The translations under genes were made by a program, and so were the position numbers. The notes under the pieces were generated by a model. It did not search any database and was not told where the DNA came from. It saw nothing but the letters and a program-made list of their open reading frames with translations. Positions 1-9,834 of a stretch of 64,000 nt of DNA are shown in pieces. The stretch comes from Candidatus Woesearchaeota archaeon. Lineage in GTDB: Archaea; Nanobdellota; Nanobdellia; Woesearchaeales; GW2011-AR4. The stretch lies in the NCBI GenBank assembly GCA_016185845.1, contig JACPMV010000002.1:1564-65563 (forward strand). Direction: 5' to 3'. Within the stretch, counting starts at the first letter, position 1. The number at the start of each line of letters is the position of its first letter.

Positions 1-285
1 AACTAAAACATTTTTTCCGGCTTCAATGGTTTTTTTTATCAATCCAAAATGGGTTGAGGCAGGAGCTGCTATTACAACGCAGTCCACATTTTTGTTTTTT
101 ATCAAAGAATCATCATTGCCTGTAAGAATTGCAGAGGAAGGAACGCTGCCTTTTATACAATCCAAGGTTTCCTTTGTCCTTGCAGCCACGCCAAAAAGGG
201 AAGCTCCCTGGATTCTCTGCAGGTTTCTTATGTAGTGCTTTCCGAACCTGCCGGCGCCTATGACTGCAAAATTAAGCCTTTCCAT
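1..285 (-). CDS. Gfo/Idh/MocA-family NAD(P)-dependent oxidoreductase, N-terminal part. The gene starts at 285 and runs off the window edge (3' partial in window).
   Basis: Manual reverse-complement translation gives MERLNFAVIGAGRFGKHYIRNLQRIQGASLFGVAARTKETLDCIKGSVPSSAILTGNDDSLIKNKNVDCVVIAAPASTHFGLIKKTIEAGKNVLV, a typical Gfo/Idh/MocA Rossmann N-terminus (AVIGAG...H, AAPASTH). It is absent from the ORF track because it is truncated by the window edge. Confidence 0.5.
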   Translation of the reverse strand, partial: MERLNFAVIGAGRFGKHYIRNLQRIQGASLFGVAARTKETLDCIKGSVPSSAILTGNDDSLIKNKNVDCVVIAAPASTHFGLIKKTIEAGKNVLV

Positions 286-317
286 AGAGAATTCTTTTGA
301 TTGTTAGTATAATAATC

Positions 318-2615
318 TTATGCATCCGGCGAGCTTGCCCTGAACCATTTGTTTAGCCTTTTTAGGCCAGTCTTCAGGTCAACTTTCGGCTCATAGCCAA
401 GATTTTTTTTGATTTTTGAAAGATTCGGGCATCTTCTGCTTGGCTCGTCCTGAGGATAATTCTCAGGATATTTTATCAGCTGCACTTTTATTTCATTGCT
501 GAACACATCTGCCGCTACCATATCAGCAAGCGCCTTCATGTTTATCTCATTATTCTCATTGCCTACATTGTAGACTTCCCCGTTTTTCTCAGAAAGAAGC
601 ACTTTGAAAAAGCCGGTTACAGCATCTGTCACGTAGCAAAAAGTCCTTGTCTGGCCGCCTTTGTCATGGACAGTCAGGTCTTTGCCCATATTGCCCTGGC
701 TTATGAACGTCGGCACTACCCTATAATCCTTCCCGCTCATTCCCGGGCCGAATACATTAAATGGCCTTACAATCTTTATAGGGGTTCCGTGAACTTTATA
801 GTGGGCCATGCATAAAGACTCTCCAAGCCTTTTGGACTCATCATAGCATGACCTGTCGCCGATTGAAGAGACATTTCCCCTGTAGCTTTCAGGGGTAGGC
901 ACAAACTTCGGATCAGGGTCGCCGTAGATTTCGCTCGAGCTGAAATAAAGGAAGCTTTTCGAATTCTTTTTTCTTGCAATCTCAAGAGCATTCCTGACGC
1001 CGTAGACAGTGCCTTCAATGGTTTCTATGGGGAACCTCTTGTAGTAGACGGGAGATGCAACTCCTGCAGCGCTTATTATGTAGTCTACTTCTCCCTCGTG
1101 ATTAAATGGGGCGCATACATCATGGGTTACAAACTCAATATGTTCGCTGGTTATCTCCTTGATAAGATTGTTCTTTTTGCCAACCAGATGATTGTCCATT
1201 GATATCACCTTGCAGGGAATCTTCAGATACTCCATATTCAGCCTGTCAATCACTGCAACAATATAGCTGCCAATGAATCCCGAGCCTCCTGTGACAAGCA
1301 GAGTTTTACCTTCAAGCTTTTTTGCATCTTCAGAGATTGCCGCGCAAATCTCGTCCAGGTCCTGCTCAACTGCGCTGCTGACTATTGAAGGCGCAGGCAC
1401 CGGTATGATGAACTTATCAAATCCTGCAAGCTTCTTCATTATGGGCTTTGCGAAGTTCCAGGCCAAAATCAGAATATAATCCGGCTTTTGTTTTGACAGA
1501 TGCCCGGCGCTTACCACTGGAATACGCATTCCCGGAGTGTAAAGCCCCTGCTTCCATTCGCTGTCGTCGACAATATAATCAAGAATATCTTCTCCAATGC
1601 TGAAATAGTTGAGCAAAGTATTTCCCTTTGCAGGAGCCCCATACCCAACAATTCTTTTATTTTGCGATTTCAGTTTTTTCAGCAAGTCCAGCAACGTTTT
1701 CTTGTTATTCTCGATTTTTTGCGCGAATTTTAGGTAAGTGCCAAGCTCATTAAGCTTTCTTTCACTTTCAATATGCATTAACTCTTCTACAGACTTTGAT
1801 TTTTTATGTTCGCCTCCTTTTTTCTGCACATATGCCCTTAATGAGCCTCCGTGCGTGTCAGTGACTTCGGCATCAAAAAGCTCAAGGCCTTTTCTTTCCA
1901 GCAAAGCCGACATTGTTTTTGCAGTGAAATAAGACAAATGCTCGTGGTATATCGTATCAAACAAATTCTTTTCAAGAAGCTCTTTCAGGTAGTAGACTTC
2001 CACCAAAAATATGCCGTCGTCATCAAGGAGCTCATTTACTCCGTCCAAAAACCCGTCAAGATCGTCAACATGGGAAAATACAGATGTTGCCGTAATCAAT
2101 TTCGCCCTGCCCCTTGCCTTTGCAATACCTTTTGCGACTTTTGCATCAAAGAACACCGGCAGAGTCTCTATCCCGCTTTTTGTGGCCATCTCCGCTATTT
2201 TTTCAGCAGGGTCTATTCCCAGGATTTTCATGCCGAGCTCCTTGAATGGCTTTAGAAGAATACCATCATTGCTGCCTATATCAACAACCAGGGAATTTTT
2301 TTGGAGATCAAACATGCTTATAATCTTGCCGGCAAGCTCCTTAAAATGCTGCACGAAAACAGGCGAGGTTGATGAAACATAAACGTAATTCCCGAACAAT
2401 AATTCAGGATCAACAATATCAACAAGCTGGACAAAACTGCAGCTGTTGCAGAAATAAACCTCAAGAGGGAAAGAAGGCTCTTTTGCATCAAGCTCCTCTT
2501 TTTTAAGGAAGGCATTTGCAGGCGGCATTGAGCCTAAGGAAATCACTTTCTTCAAATCAGTATGCCCGCATACCCTGCAATCTGCTCTTTTCTTTAATTG
2601 CTCCATGAAAATCAT
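318..2615 (-). CDS. Bifunctional fusion: N-terminal NDP-hexose C-methyltransferase-like domain (Zn-ribbon plus class I SAM MTase) joined to a C-terminal UDP-glucuronate decarboxylase (UXS)-like NAD-dependent epimerase/dehydratase.
   Basis: N-terminus has C-x2-C...C-x2-C (CRVCGHTD...YFCNSCSF) followed by VDIGSNDG (SAM motif I), as in TylCIII-type sugar C-methyltransferases. The C-terminal ~320 aa has TGGSGFIGS, a YxxxK site and CYDESKRLGESLCMAHYKVHG, typical of UXS/ArnA-type SDRs. Confidence 0.7.
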   Translation of the reverse strand: MIFMEQLKKRADCRVCGHTDLKKVISLGSMPPANAFLKKEELDAKEPSFPLEVYFCNSCSFVQLVDIVDPELLFGNYVYVSSTSPVFVQHFKELAGKIISMFDLQKNSLVVDIGSNDGILLKPFKELGMKILGIDPAEKIAEMATKSGIETLPVFFDAKVAKGIAKARGRAKLITATSVFSHVDDLDGFLDGVNELLDDDGIFLVEVYYLKELLEKNLFDTIYHEHLSYFTAKTMSALLERKGLELFDAEVTDTHGGSLRAYVQKKGGEHKKSKSVEELMHIESERKLNELGTYLKFAQKIENNKKTLLDLLKKLKSQNKRIVGYGAPAKGNTLLNYFSIGEDILDYIVDDSEWKQGLYTPGMRIPVVSAGHLSKQKPDYILILAWNFAKPIMKKLAGFDKFIIPVPAPSIVSSAVEQDLDEICAAISEDAKKLEGKTLLVTGGSGFIGSYIVAVIDRLNMEYLKIPCKVISMDNHLVGKKNNLIKEITSEHIEFVTHDVCAPFNHEGEVDYIISAAGVASPVYYKRFPIETIEGTVYGVRNALEIARKKNSKSFLYFSSSEIYGDPDPKFVPTPESYRGNVSSIGDRSCYDESKRLGESLCMAHYKVHGTPIKIVRPFNVFGPGMSGKDYRVVPTFISQGNMGKDLTVHDKGGQTRTFCYVTDAVTGFFKVLLSEKNGEVYNVGNENNEINMKALADMVAADVFSNEIKVQLIKYPENYPQDEPSRRCPNLSKIKKNLGYEPKVDLKTGLKRLNKWFRASSPDA

Positions 2616-3053
2616 CTATATTATTTTTACCCTGACTGTGTCGTCTTCGTAATGCTCATGGCTCCTTGATTCTGTTGCCAAAGTCAGGAATGCAGACTCT
2701 TCCAGAAATCTCATTACGTGGGGAGTCATCGGCGGCGTAAAAACCATATCGCCTTTATTCACTACAACTGCCTCAGTCTTTTTTGTTTTCAAGTCCTGCT
2801 CAGTGTATTCCATGCTCCCATGCAGCATGTAGACATAATGCGTGTCTTTCTTGTGATAATGGTTTGCCCTGACCGCGCCTTTTTTGCACGTAATCAACAG
2901 GGCGCTTTTTATGCTGGTCTTTCCGTCATCCAGAAGCTTGATTATTTTCCCCCTTTCATCTGTGAAATCCGGCTTCACATTTCTGGTTATTCTTATAGGC
3001 ATACAAATCCCAATATGCGTGAAAATTCCCCTCTTTTTAAGCGTTGCTGTCAA
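2616..3053 (-). CDS. Cupin-domain protein, possibly an NDP-4-keto-sugar epimerase or ketoisomerase (FdtA/WxcM-like).
   Basis: 145 aa with His-rich cupin motifs (HYHKKDTHYVYMLHG...MTPHVMRF). Its start is directly adjacent to the stop of the upstream MTase-SDR gene (2615/2616), suggesting translational coupling. Confidence 0.45.
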   Translation of the reverse strand: MTATLKKRGIFTHIGICMPIRITRNVKPDFTDERGKIIKLLDDGKTSIKSALLITCKKGAVRANHYHKKDTHYVYMLHGSMEYTEQDLKTKKTEAVVVNKGDMVFTPPMTPHVMRFLEESAFLTLATESRSHEHYEDDTVRVKII

Positions 3054-3089
3054 GAAAAACAGGAAATTCGGCTATTTTGCATTTTAAGA

Positions 3090-3104
3090 AACTATTTAAA
3101 TAGT
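3090..3104 (+). promoter_or_regulatory. Palindromic TATA-like element AACTATTTAAATAGT upstream of the GT2 gene (candidate archaeal-type promoter box or operator).
   Basis: Perfect 14-nt palindrome ACTATTTAAATAGT containing TTTAAATA, 43 nt upstream of the ATG at 3147. The identical 15-mer recurs at 53860. Confidence 0.35.
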
Positions 3105-3146
3105 CGGCTTAACCTAGTGAATATTGAATTTAGCGGTGCTGTTTAA

Positions 3147-3854
3147 ATGAGAAAAAAACTGTCAGTGATAATCCCGGTTTACAACGAAAAAGACACAATA
3201 GCTAAAATAATAAAAAAAGTTGAGTCAGTAAGGCTTCCAAACTGCGATAAGGAGATCATACTTGTAGATGATTGCTCAAAAGACGGCTCAAGAGATATGA
3301 TAAAAAATATTAAAGGAAGATATGTAAAGATTCTGCAGCCCAAAAATATGGGAAAAGGGGCTGCGCTCAAAGCCGGCATAAAAGCAGCAACCGGAGATTT
3401 TATAATCTTTCAGGATGCAGACCTGGAGTACGATCCAAATGATTACGGGAAGCTTTTGAGGCCCATAATGGAAGGCAGGGCAAGCATAACCTTCGGCTCA
3501 AGGTTTTCAAAGCAGTCAAAGATTATTCCAAAAAAGCAAACAATGCATCCTTTGCACTGGATAGGCAACCAGGGTCTAAAATTCATATTCAACCTTCTTT
3601 ATGGGACTAATCTTACTGATGTAGAGCCGTGCTACAAGATGTTCAGGAGCGATGTGCTAAAAAGCGTTGATGTGAAATCAGACAGGTTTGAATATGACAT
3701 AGAGCTCATGTGCAAGCTTGTGAAAAAAGGCCATAAGATACTTCAGATGCCCATAAACTTCCATCCAAGAAGCTTTGAGGAAGGGAAGAAGATAAACTGG
3801 AAGGACGGGATTATTGCAGCATGGGTCATGGTGAAATACCGTTTTGTGAATTAA
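3147..3854 (+). CDS. GT2 glycosyltransferase, dolichyl/polyprenyl-phosphate sugar synthase (DPM1-like).
   Basis: [23 protein letters not shown] and QDADLEYDP are the GT2-A DXD signature. Size and motif pattern match DPM1/AglD/GtrB-like enzymes. Confidence 0.8.
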   Translation: MRKKLSVIIPVYNEKDTIAKIIKKVESVRLPNCDKEIILVDDCSKDGSRDMIKNIKGRYVKILQPKNMGKGAALKAGIKAATGDFIIFQDADLEYDPNDYGKLLRPIMEGRASITFGSRFSKQSKIIPKKQTMHPLHWIGNQGLKFIFNLLYGTNLTDVEPCYKMFRSDVLKSVDVKSDRFEYDIELMCKLVKKGHKILQMPINFHPRSFEEGKKINWKDGIIAAWVMVKYRFVN

Positions 3855-3940
3855 GCATATAGAAAATTGCGATTATTTATCGTCATTTATTTACCGCAAT
3901 TTACGATATATTTATAAATAAAATTCTTCCGTTATATGCT

Positions 3941-5137
3941 ATGAAAACATGCTTAGTGCTGGCTTCAACATTCCCGAGGTGGAAGAACGACACAACCCCC
4001 AGTTTTATCTATGAATTAAGCAAAAGACTGATGTCCAAAGACAGGGCTATGGTAGTTTTAGCCCCGCATGCCGGCAATGCAAAAAAGCACGAGTTCTTTG
4101 ACAAATTAGATGTATACAGATTCCAATATTTTTTCCCTTCAAGCATCCAAAAAGTGGCTTACGGAGCAGGCATAATCTCAAATGTTAAATCCAGCCTTTT
4201 TACTATGCTGCAGGTGCCTTTTTTTCTTTTGTCCGAATATATTAAAACAGCAATCCTTATCCGAAAATACAATCCAGAAGTCATTCATGCGCACTGGCTC
4301 ATACCTCAGGGAATAATAGCCAGCATGCTCAAAGGAGATAAAAAGCTGATTGTCACAATACATGGCAGCGACTTGTTTCCCTTAAAAAACCCATTCTTTA
4401 AATCATTACAAAGAAATGTGCTGAAAAGCTGCGATATCTGCACTGTAAACAGCGAAGCTACAAAAAATGAACTGATTAAAAGATTTCCCGAATACAAAAA
4501 CAAAGCCATAATAATCCCTATGGGCGTTGATACGCAATTATTCAAGAAAAATGACAAATTGAAAATAAGCAAATACAAAAATAACAAAATTATCCTTTTT
4601 GCCGGAAGGCTGAATGAGCAGAAAGGAGCCGAATACCTGATAAAAGCCATGGCTATTGTCAATAAAAGAATAAAAAACGCCAAATTACTGGTTATCGGAG
4701 AAGGCGAGCATAAGAAAGAGCTGCAAAAGATTGCATATTCTTTAAATATCGACAATATAGAGTTTCTCGGCCCAATAAACCAAAGGGGGCTTGCTGATTA
4801 TTACAATACGGCTGATGTGTTTGTTCTTCCTTCTGTCACGAGCAGGATAGGCACAGAAAGTCAAGGCCTTGTATTGCTTGAAGCAATGTCATGCGGCACT
4901 CCAGTGATAGGCACAAATACTGGCGGAATACCTTCCATAGTAAAAAATAACCAGACTGGAATACTTGTCAATGAAAGAAATGAAAATGAATTATCCAATG
5001 CAATAACTAAGATAATGTCTGATAGAAAATTATTACAGAAATTATCAACTAATGGGATTAAATTTGTCAAAAATAACTATTCCTGGGACATCGTTGCCAA
5101 GAAGTTTGATGACCTGTATAAGAAAATGGAAAAATGA
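3941..5137 (+). CDS. GT4 family glycosyltransferase.
   Basis: C-terminal EAMSCGTPVIGTNTGGIPSIV is the GT-B/GT4 nucleotide-sugar-binding E-x7-E region. Confidence 0.8.
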   Translation: MKTCLVLASTFPRWKNDTTPSFIYELSKRLMSKDRAMVVLAPHAGNAKKHEFFDKLDVYRFQYFFPSSIQKVAYGAGIISNVKSSLFTMLQVPFFLLSEYIKTAILIRKYNPEVIHAHWLIPQGIIASMLKGDKKLIVTIHGSDLFPLKNPFFKSLQRNVLKSCDICTVNSEATKNELIKRFPEYKNKAIIIPMGVDTQLFKKNDKLKISKYKNNKIILFAGRLNEQKGAEYLIKAMAIVNKRIKNAKLLVIGEGEHKKELQKIAYSLNIDNIEFLGPINQRGLADYYNTADVFVLPSVTSRIGTESQGLVLLEAMSCGTPVIGTNTGGIPSIVKNNQTGILVNERNENELSNAITKIMSDRKLLQKLSTNGIKFVKNNYSWDIVAKKFDDLYKKMEK

Positions 5138-6180
5138 AAGCAGCAAAAATAATTTTATATGATTTTTTCGGCAGCAGAATCGGAAAATCAATACTAAACT
5201 TGTTATCCCACTTCGTATATGCCAATAATCTTAAAAAAATCAATAAAAAAAACAATAATGCGCCAAAAAAATTCCTTGTATGCATAACAATTGACACGGA
5301 ATCAGGATATGTTAAAGATAACGATGAAAGGGCATGGCAAAAAGACGAGCCTGAAGCCTACATCGGCTATTACAAAGGAGTTGAGAACTGGAGAAATCTT
5401 CTGAATGAACACAATGCAAAGGCCACTTTTTTCCTGTCGACAAACTGCTTTAATGCAAGAAACGAAGGATTAACAAAAATAGACGACCAATTAAAATTAT
5501 TATTGAAGGAAAAGCATGAAATTGGGCTGCATATGCATCCTGACAGCGACCAGGCTCTGCAGATTGCCCTTAAGGAAAAATTCCATTATACAGGCGCAAA
5601 ATTCTATGACTATGATAAAATAAATAAATTCATTAAAATCGGAAAAGAATTAATACAAAAAAATATCGGAATAAACCCAACAAGCTTCAGGTGGGGGAAC
5701 TGGGCATTGAATACGGATGCTGTTAAAGCGCTTCAGGCTAATGGGTTTAATGTCGACAGCTCTGCAACTCCCGGGATAAGTGGGCATTTGAATGCCGGAA
5801 TGCATTATGATTGGTCTAAAGCCAGGGAACATTATCCTTGGAAGCTGTCATTAAAGGATTATCAGAATACTATAAGCCAGGATTCTAAGATTATTGAGAT
5901 TCCGATTGCAACATTCAAACTTTTTGGAGTAACTTTGAGGGCTGATCCTGTTTATTCCGAACTATTAAATTCAGCCTTTGATCATTATTACAGGAATGCA
6001 GACAGGAGCGAAAAACCATTTGCTTTTATGGTTATATCACACAGCATAGAAGCAACGCATGAAGACGGAAGCATCACAAGAGTGATAAAAGATATGGGGG
6101 AGTTTATCAATCATGCCAAGAAGCTTAAGGATGTAGAGTTTGTCACTGTAAACACGGCTTATAAGGGAATAAATCAGTAA
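5134..6180 (+). CDS. Polysaccharide deacetylase (CE4)-like protein.
   Basis: ITIDTE (TxD motif), ATFFLS and EIGLHMHP (HxxH metal motif) resemble the CE4/NodB fold. ATGA overlap with the upstream GT4 gene. Confidence 0.4.
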   Translation: MKAAKIILYDFFGSRIGKSILNLLSHFVYANNLKKINKKNNNAPKKFLVCITIDTESGYVKDNDERAWQKDEPEAYIGYYKGVENWRNLLNEHNAKATFFLSTNCFNARNEGLTKIDDQLKLLLKEKHEIGLHMHPDSDQALQIALKEKFHYTGAKFYDYDKINKFIKIGKELIQKNIGINPTSFRWGNWALNTDAVKALQANGFNVDSSATPGISGHLNAGMHYDWSKAREHYPWKLSLKDYQNTISQDSKIIEIPIATFKLFGVTLRADPVYSELLNSAFDHYYRNADRSEKPFAFMVISHSIEATHEDGSITRVIKDMGEFINHAKKLKDVEFVTVNTAYKGINQ

Positions 6181-6266
6181 CTTTGATTTTTTTCAAGCCT
6201 CTCTGAGCCGCATCATAAGCTTTATAAATGATTTTCCTCCCTAAAATACAATATAAAAGGCGAATC

Positions 6267-9146
6267 ATGATAAAGAAAAAAATAATCAGCGTAGTCTATA
6301 GCCCGGCAGTCCTTGACCTTTTTCATTATGGGCATCTGCAATCATTAAAATTTGCAAAATCACAGGGAGACTACTATATCTGCGGAATTCTTACAGATAA
6401 GGCAGCCCAATATTACAAGAAAAAACTCGTATCGAATTTTAAGGAAAGAAAGGCTATAGCATCGAGCATCAAGTTTATTGACGAGATAATGGTGCAGGAT
6501 GATACAGATCCTACAAAAAACCTCAAGAAAATATTCCAGCGCTTTAAAGATGCAAAAATAATATTGGTTCACGGCAACGACTGGAGGAAGATACCCGGAG
6601 AAGATTTTGTCAAAAGCATTAATGGAAAAATCCTTACACATCCCTATTACACCGGGCTTTCAGATTTTAAGATAATAAGCAAGCTGCTTGAAAGATACAA
6701 GGACAAGTTTTCCACGTTTGAAGATTTTGTGGGTTATTTCCAATTGAAAGATTTTACTTATTTCAACCCAAGAACGCTTAAAGGAACAATTTTTGCCTCT
6801 AAGGCAGACACTTTACGATTCCTCAAGCCGCTGCTGAAAAAGTCAAACATAGAAGATATGCTTGTTTTTACCGTCCTTGATTGGAAGGAAGAGAAGCGTG
6901 AATTGATAAAAAAAATCAATAAAACATTCAAGAAATCAAAAATAGCAGTCAGGAGCTCTGCTTTGAATGAGGATTCTTCTGAAGGGTCAATGGCGGGATA
7001 TTTTCACAGCGAGCTCAACGTGCCTGCAGACAGCTTTGCAAAGATAGAGGCTGCCGTACAAAATGTCGTGAATTCTTACAACGAGAAGAAATCAGACTTC
7101 ATGATAAACCAGGTGCTTGTGCAGCAGTTCATGGAGAATGCCGCATTAAGCGGCGTAGCATTCACAAGAACAATTGAGAACTTGCCATATTATGTGATAA
7201 ATTACGATGAAAGCGGAAGCACAGACAGCGTTACGAAAGGCATAGAAAACAAGAGCATTAAAATATCCAGGTTTTGCGACCCGAGAGAATATCCCCGGAA
7301 GTTTGCCAGCTTGATGGAATCAATAAAAGAAATTGAAGCAATAATCCCCAACATTGCATTGGACATAGAGTTCGCGGTTAAAAAGTCCGGAGAGGTAACC
7401 ATATTTCAAGTAAGGCCTTTGACTGTAAATCTTGGAGTGCAGATAGAAGATGCGAAAATTAGAGAATCAATCAAGGAACTAAAAGCAAGATTCATAAACT
7501 TATCAAAAAGAAAAGCCCATCTAGCGGGAGACAGCAATATATTCGGCGACATGCCGGACTGGAACCCTGCTGAGATAATAGGAGACTCCCCCAATCACCT
7601 GGATTATTCGCTTTATGATTATGTAATAACCGGAAGCGTATGGCATCAGGCAAGGACTTCACAAGGATATGCCGACGTCAGCCCGGCAAAACTTGTTGTG
7701 TTATTTGGGAATAAGCCATATGTTGATGTAAGGAATACATTTAACTCTTTTATTCCTGCCGGGATAAGCAGGCCGCTAATGGAAAAATTAATGAATTTTT
7801 ATTTTAGCAAGCTTAAAAAAAATCCTGAGCTTCAGGATAAAGTGGAATTTGAAATAGTCTACACATGTTACGACCTTTCTTTTGATAAAAGGGCCAAAGA
7901 GCTTGAGGATTTCGGCTTCTCCAAAAAAGAAACAAACGAAATTAGAAATAATCTTATAAGTTTGACAAACAATCTCATAAGATCCTCAAAGAATTCCATT
8001 TGGAAGGATATGAATGATGTTTTCCAGATGGAGAACAAAAGGCAGGAAGTAAGATCCCGGCATAAGAAGGAAGTCAAACAATTATTAAAAAATGCGAAAG
8101 AGCTGCTTGATGGCTGCAAGATAAACGGGACTTTACAATTCTCAAGGCTTGCAAGGCTGGCTTTTATAGGAAATATACTATTGAAAAGCATGGTAGCGGA
8201 GCATACTATAACCCAAGATGTATATGATTCCTTTTTAAATTCAATAAATACGGTTGCAAAGAAAATGAACAGTGAATTTAATCTTTTTATCCGGGGGAAG
8301 ATATCCCTGGAAGAATTCCTAAAGCACCATGGCCACTTAAGGCCGGGCACATATGACATAACGAGCGCAAGGTACGACAGAAATCCAAAAATATTCAAAA
8401 GCCTTAATGCGCCCAATGTTCAGCATGACAGCCGGACAAATTTATTGCCAGACGCGGCAGTAATGAAAAAAATCAGCAAATCCCTAAAGAATAACGGCAT
8501 AGATGCGAATGCAGAGGATTTTCTCAATTTCGCGAAATCGGCCATTGAAGCAAGAGAACTATCCAAGTTTGAATTTACTAAAAGCCTTAGCGATGCTATA
8601 GAACTTATTGCAGAGGCCGGAGAGCTCCTTGGATTTTCCAGAGCTAAACTTGCAAATCTGGATACTGAAACACTTTTCGGCAGCATAAACATGAAAGAGA
8701 GCAAATCAACCGGATTATGGGCCGATACAATTAAAAATAGGATGGAATCAAGAGCCATAAACGAATTTTTGGCCCTCCCCCCAATAATATTCTCAGAGAA
8801 TGACTTTGACGTTGTAAGTTATTATTCTTCAAGGCCCAACTTCATAACTCAAAAGAGGGTGGAAGCCGACTTAGCAAATATAGACAGCCACAAATACCGG
8901 GATTCAGACCTGAAAGGGAAAATAATTATGCTGGAGAATGGCGATCCTGGCTATGACTGGATATTTACAAAAGGGCCAGCTGGGCTAATTACAAAATATG
9001 GCGGAGTCGCTTCCCACATGTCAATACGCTCTGCAGAATTTGGATTGCCGGCAGCCATCGGATGCGGAGAAATATTTGACAAAATAAAATCGTGCAAGTC
9101 ACTAATGCTTGACTGCAGGCAGAAAAAGATAATGCCGCTCAACTAA
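6267..9146 (+). CDS. Fusion of an HxGH cytidylyltransferase (TagD-like) domain with a PEP-synthase-superfamily swivel-His ATP-dependent kinase, L-glutamine kinase (Cj1418)-like.
   Basis: N-terminus: [17 protein letters not shown] (HxGH nucleotidyltransferase motif). Middle: IAVRSSALNEDSSEGSMAGYFHSELNV and VLVQQFMENAALSGVAFT are hallmarks of the PPDK/PEP-synthase nucleotide-binding domain. C-terminus: GGVASHMSIRSAEFGLPAAIGCG is the PEP-utilizer phospho-His mobile domain about 40 aa from the end. No TIM-barrel PEP-binding domain is present. The start was chosen at the internal Met (MIKKKIISVVY) preceded by aaaagg; the ORF-track start at 6228 is also possible. Confidence 0.7.
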   Translation: MIKKKIISVVYSPAVLDLFHYGHLQSLKFAKSQGDYYICGILTDKAAQYYKKKLVSNFKERKAIASSIKFIDEIMVQDDTDPTKNLKKIFQRFKDAKIILVHGNDWRKIPGEDFVKSINGKILTHPYYTGLSDFKIISKLLERYKDKFSTFEDFVGYFQLKDFTYFNPRTLKGTIFASKADTLRFLKPLLKKSNIEDMLVFTVLDWKEEKRELIKKINKTFKKSKIAVRSSALNEDSSEGSMAGYFHSELNVPADSFAKIEAAVQNVVNSYNEKKSDFMINQVLVQQFMENAALSGVAFTRTIENLPYYVINYDESGSTDSVTKGIENKSIKISRFCDPREYPRKFASLMESIKEIEAIIPNIALDIEFAVKKSGEVTIFQVRPLTVNLGVQIEDAKIRESIKELKARFINLSKRKAHLAGDSNIFGDMPDWNPAEIIGDSPNHLDYSLYDYVITGSVWHQARTSQGYADVSPAKLVVLFGNKPYVDVRNTFNSFIPAGISRPLMEKLMNFYFSKLKKNPELQDKVEFEIVYTCYDLSFDKRAKELEDFGFSKKETNEIRNNLISLTNNLIRSSKNSIWKDMNDVFQMENKRQEVRSRHKKEVKQLLKNAKELLDGCKINGTLQFSRLARLAFIGNILLKSMVAEHTITQDVYDSFLNSINTVAKKMNSEFNLFIRGKISLEEFLKHHGHLRPGTYDITSARYDRNPKIFKSLNAPNVQHDSRTNLLPDAAVMKKISKSLKNNGIDANAEDFLNFAKSAIEARELSKFEFTKSLSDAIELIAEAGELLGFSRAKLANLDTETLFGSINMKESKSTGLWADTIKNRMESRAINEFLALPPIIFSENDFDVVSYYSSRPNFITQKRVEADLANIDSHKYRDSDLKGKIIMLENGDPGYDWIFTKGPAGLITKYGGVASHMSIRSAEFGLPAAIGCGEIFDKIKSCKSLMLDCRQKKIMPLN

Positions 9147-9147
9147 A

Positions 9148-9834
9148 ATGCTATGCGCAATTTCCCAAAGAAATATGAAGATGGGCAATGGCAATAGAGA
9201 TGCGCTCGAGAATAGCTACGTTGAATATTATGAGAAGTTCGGGATTACGCTGGCCCCTATCCCAAATACATCAAAAAATATTGGCGGATATTTCAACAGT
9301 CTGAATGTTAACGGAATTATACTGACGGGCGGCGATGATATTCACCCAAGCCTGTACAGAGGTTCGGCCATAGATGGAAACTACTCAAATGAAAGAGATA
9401 GAACTGAAATTAAACTCCTTAAAATAGCTGTTTCTAAAAGGATTCCGGTTCTGGCAAACTGCAGGGGCGCCCAGCTCATGAATGTTTTTTTTAAGGGAAA
9501 ACTTGTCCAGAATATCAAGGATAAGAATGCGGATAACCATGTTGCAGTCTCCCACAAAATCTCGATTATTGACGATAATGCGCGCAAATTTTTTGGTAAA
9601 AATAATTTTACTGTGAATTCGTACCACAATCATGGCATTGACCGGGAGTCATTATCAAAAAAACTTATTCCTTTTGCAGTTTCCAATGACGGGTTTGTAG
9701 AAGGGTTCTACCATCCAAAGTTTCCGATGGCAGGAATCTTGTGGCATCCCGAAAGGCAAGGCTCTGATAAGGAAGCAGATAGGAAACTGATTAAATCATT
9801 TTTAAACCAAAAGCTGTTTTGGAAAGCAAAATGA
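9148..9834 (+). CDS. Class I glutamine amidotransferase-like hydrolase (peptidase C26 / gamma-glutamyl hydrolase family), Cj1417-like.
   Basis: GATase1 fold motifs: ILTGGDDIHP, catalytic Cys in ANCRGAQLMNV, and His in ILWHPE. It begins 2 nt after the kinase-fusion gene. Confidence 0.7.
   Translation: MLCAISQRNMKMGNGNRDALENSYVEYYEKFGITLAPIPNTSKNIGGYFNSLNVNGIILTGGDDIHPSLYRGSAIDGNYSNERDRTEIKLLKIAVSKRIPVLANCRGAQLMNVFFKGKLVQNIKDKNADNHVAVSHKISIIDDNARKFFGKNNFTVNSYHNHGIDRESLSKKLIPFAVSNDGFVEGFYHPKFPMAGILWHPERQGSDKEADRKLIKSFLNQKLFWKAK

Noticed and set aside
776-2515. Multiple 60-130-aa ORFs on either strand inside the 318-2615 gene (for example 776-1018, 1851-2255, 2011-2382, 2318-2515), and similar nested ORFs inside other long genes (4306-4755, 7868-8416, 57765-58298, 60684-61133).
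   Set aside because: All are embedded in or antisense to long ORFs with clear family motifs and have low-complexity composition. They are typical shadow ORFs in AT-rich DNA.
6228-6266. Using the ORF-track start at 6228 for the CyTase-kinase fusion.
   Set aside because: The 13-codon N-terminal extension (MIFLPKIQYKRRI) precedes a Met placed the usual about 10 residues before the HxGH motif and preceded by a purine-rich stretch. Either start is possible; 6267 was chosen.
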